Assembly: GCA_963778795.1 (NCBI GenBank)
Contig: CAVZVU010000006.1
Coordinates: forward strand, 201,184 to 265,183
DNA from: an uncultured Pseudomonadota bacterium
GTDB lineage: Bacteria > Myxococcota_A > Polyangia > Fen-1088
Length of the DNA: 64,000 nt
Direction: 5' to 3'
The notes below the pieces were generated by a model. That model was not told the origin of the DNA and made no database searches. It saw only the letters and a list, made by a program, of their open reading frames with translations. This document shows, piece after piece, positions 24,660 to 34,687 of this stretch (its first letter is position 1; every line of letters starts with the position of its first letter). Made by a program: the position numbers and the translations under genes.

Positions 24660-25127
24660 ATGTCGCGACCGCCGCTGCCACCGTTCACGTTCGAGACCGC
24701 CGTCCAGAAGGTGCGGATGGCGGAGGATGCCTGGAACTCGCGCGATCCGGAGCGGGTTGCGATGGCCTACACCGAGGACAGCCGCTGGCGCAACCGGTCA
24801 GAGTTCTTCCAGGGGCGGGCCGAGATCGTCGCATTTCTCCGCCGCAAGTGGTCGCGCGAGATCGACTACCGACTGATCAAGGAGCTGTGGGCGTTCCACG
24901 ACAATCGGATCGCTGTGCGCTTTCAATACGAGTGGCGTGACGATTCGGAACACTGGTTCCGTGCCTACGGTAACGAACAGTGGGAGTTCGACGCGGCTGG
25001 GCTCATGCGGCGGCGTGAGGCGAGCATCAACGACGTCGCCATCACCGCGAACGACCGTAAGTTCCTTTGGCCGGCGCCGGCGGCACGGCCCGCCGACCAT
25101 CCGGGGTTGAGCGAGCTCGGCCTGTGA
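24660..25127 (+). CDS. DUF1348 family protein (NTF2-like fold)
   Basis: Characteristic sequence: [77 protein letters not shown]. It is intact and low in GC. Confidence 0.85.
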   Translation: MSRPPLPPFTFETAVQKVRMAEDAWNSRDPERVAMAYTEDSRWRNRSEFFQGRAEIVAFLRRKWSREIDYRLIKELWAFHDNRIAVRFQYEWRDDSEHWFRAYGNEQWEFDAAGLMRRREASINDVAITANDRKFLWPAPAARPADHPGLSELGL

Positions 25128-25146
25128 GGCGTTGACGTCGATCACT

Positions 25147-25186
25147 TTCGCCGTTCCACGTCGCACTTCGCCGTTCCACGTCGCAC
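25147..25186. repeat. perfect 20-bp tandem direct repeat TTCGCCGTTCCACGTCGCAC x2
   Basis: The units are 25147-25166 and 25167-25186, followed by a partial third unit TCGCACTTCG. It is intergenic. Confidence 0.9.
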
Positions 25187-25291
25187 TCGCACTTCGCAGG
25201 GGCCGCACGACGCGGCACATCCTGGCCGTGGGCACGATTGATGCTCACTCTAGGAAGGCGTGGACGTGGAGAAGAAAAGCGAGGTTCCGTC

Positions 25292-25771
25292 ATGAACTGG
25301 GGAAGCATCAGCCTCATGCGCCGTTCTAGTGACTCTATTGGCAGTCGGCTCTGGATCCTGAGCGTGGCACTTCTGGCGATATCGGCCTGCACGACGACGA
25401 CAACGACGACCCGCGGCTGGGGTGAGCCCTACCCGAACGCCGAATGGGTTCGCTACGGTCATGTCGAGTTCATCCGCGAGACGATCCAGCGCCAGCAGGG
25501 TGACCCGGCGGGTGGCGCCATCGCCGGCGCGATCATCGGTGGCGTGATCGGGCACGCGCTGGGCGGCGGCGGCGCCGGCACGATCGTTGGCGCCGCGGGC
25601 GGCGCGGCGGTCGGCGCGCAGTCGAGCCAGGGATACGCGGAGCGGCGTTTCTACGAGACGGTGGTGCGCTTCGACGACGGCGGCACTCAGAACTTCGTCT
25701 ACGAAGGCTACCCGCCGTTTCGCGTGGGCGAGCCGGTGTATCAGACGCCGCAAGGCCTCTACCGGCGCTGA
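25292..25771 (+). CDS. glycine-zipper outer-membrane lipoprotein
   Basis: It starts at ATG 25292 (GAGG 7 nt upstream) or ATG 25316. It has lipobox LLAISAC, a poly-Thr stretch, and the glycine zipper GGAIAGAIIGGVIGHALGGGGAGTIVGAAGGAAVGA. Confidence 0.8.
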   Translation: MNWGSISLMRRSSDSIGSRLWILSVALLAISACTTTTTTTRGWGEPYPNAEWVRYGHVEFIRETIQRQQGDPAGGAIAGAIIGGVIGHALGGGGAGTIVGAAGGAAVGAQSSQGYAERRFYETVVRFDDGGTQNFVYEGYPPFRVGEPVYQTPQGLYRR

Positions 25772-25873
25772 GCCAGCTCGCTCGACCGGCAAAATTTGCG
25801 AGGTCAGCCGTCGGCTTGCGAAACTTTATCGCGCGCCGGAGCAACCGCCGGCCGCCTTTGCCGATGACCCAGC

Positions 25874-26830
25874 ATGCCCTTTCGTTCCTGCCTGCCGGGG
25901 CTGGCGCTGCTGCTGCTCGCCTGCGCCCCGACAGTGCCTCGCCCACCGCGCGCGGCGCAGCCGCCCGACACCGGGGATGACGCCGGCAAGAACGCCGGCC
26001 AGGACAGCGGCAAGGACAGCGGGGGACCGGCTCCGAGCGTCGCGCTCGACGCGCGCAGCGAGGGCCGGCCGCCGGCGACTCTGACCGTAGACGCGCGCGG
26101 CGATACCAGCGGCGGCGTCGACGTCGGAGCCACAGAGACCGCGCGCGGCGACGGCCGCGCTGACGGGGGGGACAGCGCGCACGCGGGCGGAGCCGATGCC
26201 GATGCCGATGCCGACCACGGCGACGGCAACGCCGATCTGGCGGTCGATCGAACCGGCGTGGAGCCGAGCCCGGGCGAGCTGGTGATCGACGAGCTGCTGA
26301 TCAACCCCGCGGGCACCGACACCAATCGCGAGTGGATCGAGGTGGTGAACGTCGCCTCGTTCGCGCTCGATCTTCACGCGCTCCACGTCGCCGACGCCGC
26401 CAGCGACGTGGCGCTCGACGCCGGGGTTCTCGCACCCGGTGGCATCCTTGTCCTCGGGCAGTCGCTGGATCCGACCAAGAACGGCGGGGCGCCGGTATCG
26501 TTCTCCTTCGGGAACAGCATCTCGCTCAACAACGGCGGCGACGCGATCGCGCTCTGCCTCGGGCCGTGCGCGACCGGGCTGGTGCTGGAACGGATCGGCT
26601 GGACCGCCGACCTGGGCGCCGCCTACGACGGACACGCGGCGATCGTCGGCCCGGGCGACGGTCTCTTCTGCCCCGCCGGCGAGCCGTTCGGCACCGCCGG
26701 CAGCTTCGGCAGCCCGGGCTCGCCCACGCCCCCCTGCGGCGATGCGGGGGCCGACGCCGGCAGGGACGGGAACGGCGGCGAGAACGAGAGCGACCACGGG
26801 GATGGAGATGCCGACCGACAGGCCGACTGA
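25874..26830 (+). CDS. lipoprotein with lamin-tail-domain (LTD)-like core
   Basis: It has lipobox LALLLLAC and Asp/Gly-rich linkers. The core reads ELVIDELLINPAGTDTNREWIEVVN..GGILVLG..LNNGGDAIAL. Confidence 0.7.
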   Translation: MPFRSCLPGLALLLLACAPTVPRPPRAAQPPDTGDDAGKNAGQDSGKDSGGPAPSVALDARSEGRPPATLTVDARGDTSGGVDVGATETARGDGRADGGDSAHAGGADADADADHGDGNADLAVDRTGVEPSPGELVIDELLINPAGTDTNREWIEVVNVASFALDLHALHVADAASDVALDAGVLAPGGILVLGQSLDPTKNGGAPVSFSFGNSISLNNGGDAIALCLGPCATGLVLERIGWTADLGAAYDGHAAIVGPGDGLFCPAGEPFGTAGSFGSPGSPTPPCGDAGADAGRDGNGGENESDHGDGDADRQAD

Positions 26831-26889
26831 CGCCGCGACCAAAGCGGCTTGCGAGCGCGCGCGACGACGGGGATCGTGCTATCCCCTGC

Positions 26890-29559
26890 ATGCTGGCCAT
26901 GGCGACCCCGACTGCACCGCTCGCCGCGCTCTTGGCCGGGCAGACCCTCCCCCTCGACGGCGACGAGATCCTGAGTCGATTCGTCGGCTTTGTCAGCGAC
27001 GCCGGACTCGAGCTCTACCCCGCGCAGGAGGAGGCCCTGCTCGAGCTGGTCGCCGGCAAGCACATCATCCTCAACACGCCGACCGGCTCTGGCAAGTCGC
27101 TGGTCGCGACGGCGATGCACTTCAAGGCGATGGCCGAGGGAAAGGTGTCGTTCTACACCTGCCCGATCAAGGCGCTGGTCAGCGAGAAATTCTTCGCGCT
27201 GTGCGAGCTCTACGGCCCGGACAACGTCGGCATGATGACCGGCGACGCCACGATCAACCGCACCGCACCCATCATCTGCTGCACGGCGGAGATCCTGGCC
27301 AACCTCGCGCTGCGCGACGCGGCGGCGGCGGTCGACTACGTGATCATGGACGAGTTCCACTACTACTCCGATCGGGAGCGCGGCGCCGCCTGGCAGATCC
27401 CGCTGCTGGCGCTGCCGCAGACGACGTTCCTGCTCATGTCGGCGACGCTGGGCGAGACGCGGCCGATCGAGCAGAGCCTGCGCGCGATCACCGGCCGCGA
27501 GCCGGCGGTGGTGCGCAGTCAGGCGCGGCCGGTGCCGCTCGACTTCGAGTACCGAGAGACGCCGCTGCACGAGACGATCAGCGACCTCATCACCACGCGG
27601 CGCTACCCGATCTATCTCGTCAACTTCAGCCAGCGCGCCGCCGCCGAAGAGGCGCAAAACTTGATGAGCGTCGACCTGAGCAGCAAGGACGAGAAAGAGG
27701 CGATCCGCGCCGCGCTCGGCGACTTCTCGTTCGATACGCCTTACGGCAAGGATTTTCAGCGCTTCATCCGCCACGGTCTGGGCCTGCACCACGCTGGGCT
27801 GTTGCCGAAGTACCGCCTGCTGGTCGAGAAGCTGGCGCAGACCGGGCTGCTGAAGGTGGTCAGCGGCACCGACACGCTGGGGGTCGGCGTCAACATCCCG
27901 ATCCGCACCGTGCTGTTCACCCAGCTTTGCAAGTTCGACGGCGAGAAGACCGGCGTGCTGAGCGTGCGCGACTTCCAGCAGATCGCCGGGCGGGCCGGCC
28001 GCAAGGGCTTCGACGATCGCGGCACGGTGGTGGCGCAGGCGCCCGAGCACGTGATCGAGAATCGCCGTCTCGCCAGCAAGCAGGCGGGCGGCAAGAAGGT
28101 GGTGATGCGCAAGCCGCCGACCAAGGGCTACGTGCACTGGGACAAGGGGACGTTCGAACGGCTGACCTCGGGGACGCCCGAGCCGCTGGAGTCCCGCTTC
28201 GCGGTCACCCACGGCCTGCTGCTGAATTTGTTACAGAGCAAGAACGGCACGCGCGGTGGCGGCTATCGGCGGCTCACCGGGCTGGTCGCGCTGTCGCACG
28301 GCAGCGAGCGCGCCAAGCGCGAGGCGCGGCGCCACGCCGCAAACTGCTTCCGGTCGCTCAGGCGCGCGCACATCATCGACGTCGTCCCCTACGAGTCGGT
28401 GCGCGGGCGCATCGTCGAGGTCAGCTCCGAGCTGCAGCGCGACTTCTCGCTCAATCAGACGCTGTCGCTCTACCTGCTGGAAGCGCTGACCTTCCTCGAT
28501 CCACAGAGCGAGAGCTACGCGCTCGACGTGCTGAGCCTGGTCGAAGCGATCCTCGAGAACCCCGACGTCGTCCTCTACCGCCAGCTGGATCGCGTCAAGA
28601 CCGAGCGCATGGACGAGATGAAAGCGGCGGGGATGGACTACGAGCAGCGCATCGCCGAGCTGGAGACGCTGGAGTATCCCAAACCGAATCGCGACTTCAT
28701 CTACGCGACGTTCAACGCCTTCGCCGACAAGCACCCGTGGGTGGGCGAGGAGAACATCCGACCGAAGTCGGTGGCGCGCGAGATGTTCGAGACGTTCTGC
28801 ACCTTCGCCGAGTACGTGCGCGACTACGGCTTGCAGCGCAGCGAGGGGGTGTTGCTGCGTTACCTGTCCGACGTCTGGAAAACCCTGAACCAGACGGTGC
28901 CGGCGCCGGCGCGCACCGACGGTGTCGAGGACATCATCGCGCACCTGCACGCGACGCTGCGCGAGGTCGACTCCAGCCTGGTCGACGAGTGGCAGAGCCT
29001 GAAGGACGGGCGTTCGACGAGCGGCGCGGCGGCCGCGGCGCGCGCGCTGGCGGCGGCACGCGAGCCCCGCCGCATTGAACTGGCGGACGATCCCAAGGCG
29101 CTGGCGGCCCGGATCCGGTCCGACCTGCATCGCTTGCTGCGCGCGCTGGCGGCGCGCCGTTACGACGAGGCGGCGGCGGCGCTGCGCCCGCCCGAGCCGA
29201 ACGACGACGGCGCCGCCGGTGCTGGCGGCGGCGAACCCTGGACGGCCGCCCGGCTCGAGCAGGAGATGGCGCCCTACTTCGCCGCCCATGCCGGGCTGTC
29301 GGTGACGCCGCTCGCGCGCCGGCCCAGCAACACGCTGATCCAGGAGATCGCGCCGCGACGTTTTCGCGCGCAGCAACGGATGATCGATCCCGAGGGGGAC
29401 GAAGACTGGGCCCTCGACTGCATCGTCGATCTGTCGCGCACGGGATCGGGCAAGGACTCGCACGAGGGCGCGCCCGAAGGCGCGTCGACGCCGGGAGCCG
29501 CCGGCGCCGCGCACGGCCCCAACGGACCGCTGATCGAGCTTCAGCGCATTGGAGTTTAG
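26890..29559 (+). CDS. DEAD/DEAH-box (Ski2-like) helicase with DUF3516-type C-terminal region
   Basis: It starts at ATG 26890. Motifs: I NTPTGSGKSLVA, II MDEFH, III SAT, VI QIAGRAGRKG. A long conserved C-terminal region follows. The ~889-aa frame is intact. Confidence 0.9.
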   Translation: MLAMATPTAPLAALLAGQTLPLDGDEILSRFVGFVSDAGLELYPAQEEALLELVAGKHIILNTPTGSGKSLVATAMHFKAMAEGKVSFYTCPIKALVSEKFFALCELYGPDNVGMMTGDATINRTAPIICCTAEILANLALRDAAAAVDYVIMDEFHYYSDRERGAAWQIPLLALPQTTFLLMSATLGETRPIEQSLRAITGREPAVVRSQARPVPLDFEYRETPLHETISDLITTRRYPIYLVNFSQRAAAEEAQNLMSVDLSSKDEKEAIRAALGDFSFDTPYGKDFQRFIRHGLGLHHAGLLPKYRLLVEKLAQTGLLKVVSGTDTLGVGVNIPIRTVLFTQLCKFDGEKTGVLSVRDFQQIAGRAGRKGFDDRGTVVAQAPEHVIENRRLASKQAGGKKVVMRKPPTKGYVHWDKGTFERLTSGTPEPLESRFAVTHGLLLNLLQSKNGTRGGGYRRLTGLVALSHGSERAKREARRHAANCFRSLRRAHIIDVVPYESVRGRIVEVSSELQRDFSLNQTLSLYLLEALTFLDPQSESYALDVLSLVEAILENPDVVLYRQLDRVKTERMDEMKAAGMDYEQRIAELETLEYPKPNRDFIYATFNAFADKHPWVGEENIRPKSVAREMFETFCTFAEYVRDYGLQRSEGVLLRYLSDVWKTLNQTVPAPARTDGVEDIIAHLHATLREVDSSLVDEWQSLKDGRSTSGAAAAARALAAAREPRRIELADDPKALAARIRSDLHRLLRALAARRYDEAAAALRPPEPNDDGAAGAGGGEPWTAARLEQEMAPYFAAHAGLSVTPLARRPSNTLIQEIAPRRFRAQQRMIDPEGDEDWALDCIVDLSRTGSGKDSHEGAPEGASTPGAAGAAHGPNGPLIELQRIGV

Positions 29560-29565
29560 GCGGGC

Positions 29566-31443
29566 GTGACGGCGACCGAGACGCCAGCGGCGGAGCGCCG
29601 GCCGCCGATCGTGACCCGCCTGCGCGAGACGCTGCGGCTTCTCCCTCACGTCGGGCGCACGTTCCGCATCCTCTGGCAGACCAGCCCGGTGCTGAGCGTC
29701 GGCATCGCGGCGCTCACCGTCGCCAGCGGCGTGATTCCGGCGTCGCTCGCCTGGGTCGGCAAGCTGATCGTCGACAGCGTCGTCGTCGCGGCGCGCGCCG
29801 GGGTTGCGTCGGGCGCGGCCGGGGAACGCGCCAGTCGTCCGCTTCGCCTGGTCGCCGTCGAGCTCGGCTTGATGATGGTGTTGACGCTGGTCAACCGCCT
29901 GTCGGCGCTGCTGCGCGAGCTGCTGCGCGCGCAGCTCGGCAACCGCATCAACGTCGACATCCTCGAGAAGGCGCTCGGCCTGGAGCTGCGCCACTTCGAG
30001 GACGCCGCCTTCTACGACAAGATGCAACGCGCGCGGCGCGAAGCCTCGGCGCGGCCGCTGTCGATGGTGCTGGGCGTGCTGGGGATCGCCCAGAATGCGA
30101 TCACGCTGGGGAGCTACGCCTTCCTGCTGGCGCGCCTGTCGTCGGCCTCGGTCCTGATCCTGATCGCCGCCAGCATTCCGGCCTTCATCACCGAGGCCCG
30201 GTTGTCGAACCAATCCTTTCGCCTCAACAGCTGGCGCGCGCCCGAGGCGCGGCGCCTCAACTACCTCGAGTGGGTGCTGACGCGCGACAGCCACGTCAAG
30301 GAGGTGAAGCTGTTCGCGCTGGGCCGCCTGATCCTCGACCGATACAAGACGCTGTTCGAGAAGTTCTATCGTGAGGACCGCGCGCTGGCGCGCAAGCGCT
30401 TCGTCTATGGCCTGCTGCTGACGTTGCTGAGCCTCGGCGCCTTCTACGCCTGCTACGCCTTTGCGGCCCGACGCGCGGCGCTGGGCGGGATGACGCTGGG
30501 CGATCTCACGCTTTACGTCATGGTGTTCCGCCAGGGGCAAGGGGCGTTCCAGGCCGTGCTCGGCGGTGTGGCCGGCCTGTACGAGGACGCGCTCTTCATG
30601 TCGAACCTCTTCGCCTATCTCGATCTGCCGGGTGATCTAACCCAGAACCCTCAAAGGGTTCCGGACCTCCCGCCGCCCGCAATCGAACCGCAGGCGATCG
30701 AGCTGCGGGGGGTTTCGTTTCGCTACCCGGGCAAGGAGAGCTGGGCGCTGCGCGACGTGAATCTCACGATCGCGCCCGGCGAGGTGATCGCCCTGTGCGG
30801 CGACAACGGCGCGGGCAAATCGACGCTGATTCACCTGCTCATGCATCTCTACGAGCCGACCGAAGGCGAGATCCTTTACGGCGGGCGACCGCTGCGCGAC
30901 ATCCCGCTCGACGAGCTGCACCGCCGGATCGGCGCGGTCTTTCAGGACTTCGTGCGCTATCAATTCACGGTCGCCGAGAACATCGGCCTCGGCTGGATCC
31001 CGGCGCTGGATGACCGCGCGCGCATCGAGAAGGCGGCCGCCGCCGGCGGCGCCGACGCCGTGGTCGAGCGCCTACCCCGCGGCTACGAGACGATGCTGGG
31101 CGGTTACTTCGAGGCGGGGCAGGAGCTGTCGGTGGGGCAGTGGCAGAAGATCGCGATCGCGCGCGCCTTCATGCGCGACGCCGAGGTGCTGATCCTCGAC
31201 GAGCCGACCGCGTCGCTGGACGCCGAGGCCGAGCACGAGATGTGGAAGCGGTTCAAGTCGCTGGCGCAGGGACGCACCGCGATTCTCATCAGCCACCGCA
31301 TGTCCACGGTACGCCTGGCCGAACGGATCGTGGTCCTGCGCGCCGGCCGCATCGAGGAGCTGGGAACCCACGCCGACCTGCTCGCGCGCGACGGACGCTA
31401 CGCCCACCTCTTCCGCCTCCAGGCCGCCGGCTACCTCGACTGA
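29566..31443 (+). CDS. ABC exporter, fused permease/ATPase (MsbA-like type I exporter)
   Basis: It starts at GTG 29566. A 6-TM domain is followed by an NBD with Walker A GDNGAGKST, signature LSVGQWQK, Walker B VLILDEPTASLD and H-loop ISHR. It is intact. Confidence 0.9.
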   Translation: MTATETPAAERRPPIVTRLRETLRLLPHVGRTFRILWQTSPVLSVGIAALTVASGVIPASLAWVGKLIVDSVVVAARAGVASGAAGERASRPLRLVAVELGLMMVLTLVNRLSALLRELLRAQLGNRINVDILEKALGLELRHFEDAAFYDKMQRARREASARPLSMVLGVLGIAQNAITLGSYAFLLARLSSASVLILIAASIPAFITEARLSNQSFRLNSWRAPEARRLNYLEWVLTRDSHVKEVKLFALGRLILDRYKTLFEKFYREDRALARKRFVYGLLLTLLSLGAFYACYAFAARRAALGGMTLGDLTLYVMVFRQGQGAFQAVLGGVAGLYEDALFMSNLFAYLDLPGDLTQNPQRVPDLPPPAIEPQAIELRGVSFRYPGKESWALRDVNLTIAPGEVIALCGDNGAGKSTLIHLLMHLYEPTEGEILYGGRPLRDIPLDELHRRIGAVFQDFVRYQFTVAENIGLGWIPALDDRARIEKAAAAGGADAVVERLPRGYETMLGGYFEAGQELSVGQWQKIAIARAFMRDAEVLILDEPTASLDAEAEHEMWKRFKSLAQGRTAILISHRMSTVRLAERIVVLRAGRIEELGTHADLLARDGRYAHLFRLQAAGYLD

Positions 31444-31489
31444 TCACAGCTTTACCCGTCCTCGTCCTCGTCCTCGTCCCCGTCCCCGT

Positions 31490-33556
31490 CTACTGCGTCA
31501 CGATGAGCGGCACGCCGTCGCGCAGGTCGGTCGGTGGATCGATGATCACGCGGTCGCCGACGTCGATCCCCTGGCTGATCACGACCTCGTCGGCGTCGGA
31601 GTCGGCGATCGTGATCGCGCGCGCCTGCGCGACATTCCCCGGCCCGACGACGAAGACGCGGTCGGTGTCGCCGACGCGCACCACCGCCGCGCGGGGCACC
31701 GGGAAGACGCCGTCGTAGCGGACGCGCGCCAGGCGCAGCGGCTGTCCCAGCAGGATCCCCGCGCTCGCGGGCAGTTCGACCTCCAGGCGCTGACCCTCGC
31801 TTGGCGGCGCCCCCCCGGTCGGCGTGAGCCGGCAGTCGGCGAAGTGCGGGCTGCCGTCGGTGGTGGTGCCGGCACCGCCGCCTTCGGCCGCGGTGCTCCC
31901 TTCGCCCCGTCGCGCGTCGGGAACCGGCGGCGTGAGGCTGAGGATCTCGACGCGGCAGAACCCGAGGTGCGCCGCCGCCTCGGCGTCGCGGGCCGCGAGG
32001 ATGAACTCGCCGCGTATGAGGCCGGAGCTGACGCGCACCGCGGGCGCGTTGGCCTCGACCACCGTGCCGCGCTTGGCGATGACCTCGGCGACCTCGCCCG
32101 GGTCGGTGGCGCGAATCACCAGGCGATCGAGCGCCGCCTCGGCTTCGTCGAGCTGGCCCTGCTTCTCGACGATCTTGATCTCGGCGCGCCGCATCTCGGG
32201 CAGGTTGCCGGCGGTCTTCATGCTATCGCGGATCTGCTGATTGAACGCCACGCGCGAACGCCCGTGGTTCACCTCCGCCTCGCGCGCCGCCGCACCTTGC
32301 AGCTTCGCGATGATCTCACCCGCGGCGTAGTGGCTGCCCGGCGGCAGGACGTCGGCGACCGATCCGCCGGCCGCAAAGGCGAGTGATACCGTGCCCGCGA
32401 CCACGGCTGATCCCGGCGCGTCGAACCAGCGATAGACCGCCGCCGGACGGGGCCCGATCACCCGTACCCGACGGGTCTCCATCGCCGCCTCGTGCTGCGA
32501 CCAGAAGTAGTAGCCGATGACGGCGGCGATCACGGCCAGGGCCACGACCACGACCACGATGATCGTCGATCGGTCGGCGGCGGTGGTGGCAGGCCGCCGC
32601 AGCCCCGGCGCCGCGGGGCGCCGGCGGATGTCTTCGACCTGGAAGGGCGCCATCACGACCGACTCCGGGCGCGGGGGCATGCGGCGTTCGCCGGTCGAGG
32701 CCGGCGGCGCCGACGGGGCGCGGGCCGCCTCCGCCTCGCGCACTTGCTCGTCGGTGACGGCGGCGAAACCCATCACCGTGCCCATCGCGTCCGACGGCTC
32801 GACGGTCATCTCGCGCGGCTTCGAGATCGGTTCGGTCACCGCGGCAAAGCCCATCATCGTCTCGGCGGCGGGCGGCTCGATCGGCGCCAGCTCGCGCGAT
32901 CCGTTGGCGCGCGCGCCGCCGATCTCCAGCTCGCCGGTACGAGCTGGCACGGCCGGTTGCGACGGCGACGACGGACGCATGATGACCGGGAGCTCCGACG
33001 AGGGACGTCGGGGCGACGGCGACGGGACGACCATGGCATTGACCGTCACCGCCGTCGGAACCGACGTCGGAACCGACGTGGGAGCGTGCGACGACGCGCC
33101 TTCGACGACGCGGTTCACGACCTCGCTGAGCGGTCGGCTGTCCTCGTCATGGCCGCGCGTCGGAAGCGGGCCCGAGTCGGGCGACGGCGGCCCGATCAAA
33201 GTCGGCGTCGCCGAGCGCACCCGCAACCCGCCACCTGACGGAGACGCGGCGGGTGACGGCGGCGCGGCGCCTGAGGGCGACGGCGCGCTCCCTTCAAGGA
33301 AGCCCAGCTCGGCGAGCCGGGCGGCGAACTCGCCGATCCCGACCGGCGTCAGATCCAGTCCGTAAGTGGCGATCGCCCACGCCGAGACGTCGGCATGCGG
33401 GCGACCATCGAGCTGGCGCGCGAGCTCGAATTCGAAATCGTAAAAGCGAAAGCCGGTCCCCCGGGACGGATCACGCACGTCGATGTAGCGCACACCGTCG
33501 ACTTCCACGGCGGTCGCAATCAGATCCTGCCGAAACCGCGGGGTCGAATCAGCCAT
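31490..33556 (-). CDS. HlyD/membrane-fusion-protein-like adaptor with an extra N-terminal cytoplasmic module and long Pro/Ser/Ala linker
   Basis: The N-terminus reads PRFRQDLIATAVEVDGVRYIDVRDPSRGTGFRFYDFEFELARQLDGR. There is a single TM (IIVVVVVALAVIAAVIGYYFW). The periplasmic part has a lipoyl-like hairpin, a coiled coil and a beta-barrel (GEIIAKLQG.., IRATDPGEVAEVIAKRGTVVE, VFVVGPGNVAQARAITIADSD..VVISQGIDVGDRVII). It is intact. Confidence 0.7.
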   Translation of the reverse strand: MADSTPRFRQDLIATAVEVDGVRYIDVRDPSRGTGFRFYDFEFELARQLDGRPHADVSAWAIATYGLDLTPVGIGEFAARLAELGFLEGSAPSPSGAAPPSPAASPSGGGLRVRSATPTLIGPPSPDSGPLPTRGHDEDSRPLSEVVNRVVEGASSHAPTSVPTSVPTAVTVNAMVVPSPSPRRPSSELPVIMRPSSPSQPAVPARTGELEIGGARANGSRELAPIEPPAAETMMGFAAVTEPISKPREMTVEPSDAMGTVMGFAAVTDEQVREAEAARAPSAPPASTGERRMPPRPESVVMAPFQVEDIRRRPAAPGLRRPATTAADRSTIIVVVVVALAVIAAVIGYYFWSQHEAAMETRRVRVIGPRPAAVYRWFDAPGSAVVAGTVSLAFAAGGSVADVLPPGSHYAAGEIIAKLQGAAAREAEVNHGRSRVAFNQQIRDSMKTAGNLPEMRRAEIKIVEKQGQLDEAEAALDRLVIRATDPGEVAEVIAKRGTVVEANAPAVRVSSGLIRGEFILAARDAEAAAHLGFCRVEILSLTPPVPDARRGEGSTAAEGGGAGTTTDGSPHFADCRLTPTGGAPPSEGQRLEVELPASAGILLGQPLRLARVRYDGVFPVPRAAVVRVGDTDRVFVVGPGNVAQARAITIADSDADEVVISQGIDVGDRVIIDPPTDLRDGVPLIVTQ

Positions 33557-33672
33557 CGACGGGGGGCAGCTTACAGGCGGTCTTCACTTGGGGGCAACAT
33601 ATGAACGCGCGGACGAGCCGTAAAAAGCAGGCCTTCTGAATCAGCGACGCGCGGTCTATAAGCTTGCAGCGC

Positions 33673-34687
33673 ATGGCGAGCAAGGCGAGAGCGACGAACG
33701 GCCGAACGTTCGGCTACCGCGCTGGCGTTCGCGTCCGCGACTCGGTGCTGGCGTGTGACGCGACCGGAGGCAGTGACCTCATCTTCTTGTCGCACGCCGA
33801 CGTCATCGACGGCCACGCCGCGCGGCGCCTGCCGCGCGCGCGCGGCGGCCGGCGCAAGATCCTCACGACCGATGCGACGCTGATGCTGTCGGGCGCCGCG
33901 GGCGAGCGGCTGCGGCCGTACGCGTTGGTGGCGGCGTACGGCCGACCGTTCACGCTGGGAGGCATGCGGCTCGAGCTGTTCCCGTCGGGCTACGGACCCG
34001 GCGCCGCGTCGTTGCTGTGTGAGCACGAAGCGGGCCGCCTGATCTACTCGGGCCCGGTGGGCGCGAACGCACCCGAGGTGCGGGTCGCGCGCGCGCTGTG
34101 CCTCGACGGCACCTTCGGCTCGTCGCGCTTCGCCTTCCCCAGCCTGGACGACGCCCTGGCGTCGGTGTCGGCGTTCGTCAGCGACAGCCTCGCGGCCGGA
34201 CGGGCGCCGGTGGTGCTCACGCACGCGAGCGACGCGTTGCTGGCGTGCGCGAGCGCGCTCGGGCGAGCCGGAATCGCGCTGCGCGCCCACCGCGCCGCCC
34301 TGGCGGCCGCGGCGACCTTTCGCGCGGCCGGCATCGCCGTTCCCGTCGCTGGCGCGCTTCGCCGGCAAGCTCGACGCCGGCGAGGCGCTGCTCTGGCCGG
34401 CGGAGGCGCGCGACGCCCCGGCGCTGCGGCGCCTCGCCGCGCCCGCCTTTCTGCTGGCCTCGGGCGCCGCCGCCGACCCGACGGTTGTCGGCCGGATGCA
34501 GGTCGACCGGGCGATCCCGCTGTCGACCATGGCCGACTTCGCCGGCCTGCTTCGCTATGTCGACGCCGTCGGACCGAGCGAGGTCGGCGTGATGCACGCG
34601 GGTGACGGCGAGCTCTGCCAGGCGCTGCGCGCCCGCGGCATCGACGCCTATCCCGTCGGCCCCCCCGAGCAGATCAGCCTGTTTTGA
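33673..34687 (+). CDS. MBL-fold/beta-CASP-like protein with degenerate metal-binding motifs (one frame break)
   Basis: DLIFLSHADV sits where HxHxDH is expected, and LELFPSGYGPGAASLL sits where GHxxGS is expected. The C-terminal piece ..RMQVDRAIPLSTMADFAGLLRYVDAVGPSEVGVMHAGDGELCQAL.. lies in the next frame. The break is at ~34343. Confidence 0.5.

Noticed and set aside
31457-31490. The hexanucleotide microsatellite CGTCCT x3 + CGTCCC x2 between the convergent ABC exporter and adaptor genes.
   Set aside because: It is a short low-complexity tract in a 46-nt gap, with no inverted symmetry and no second copy. I see no function beyond spacer DNA.
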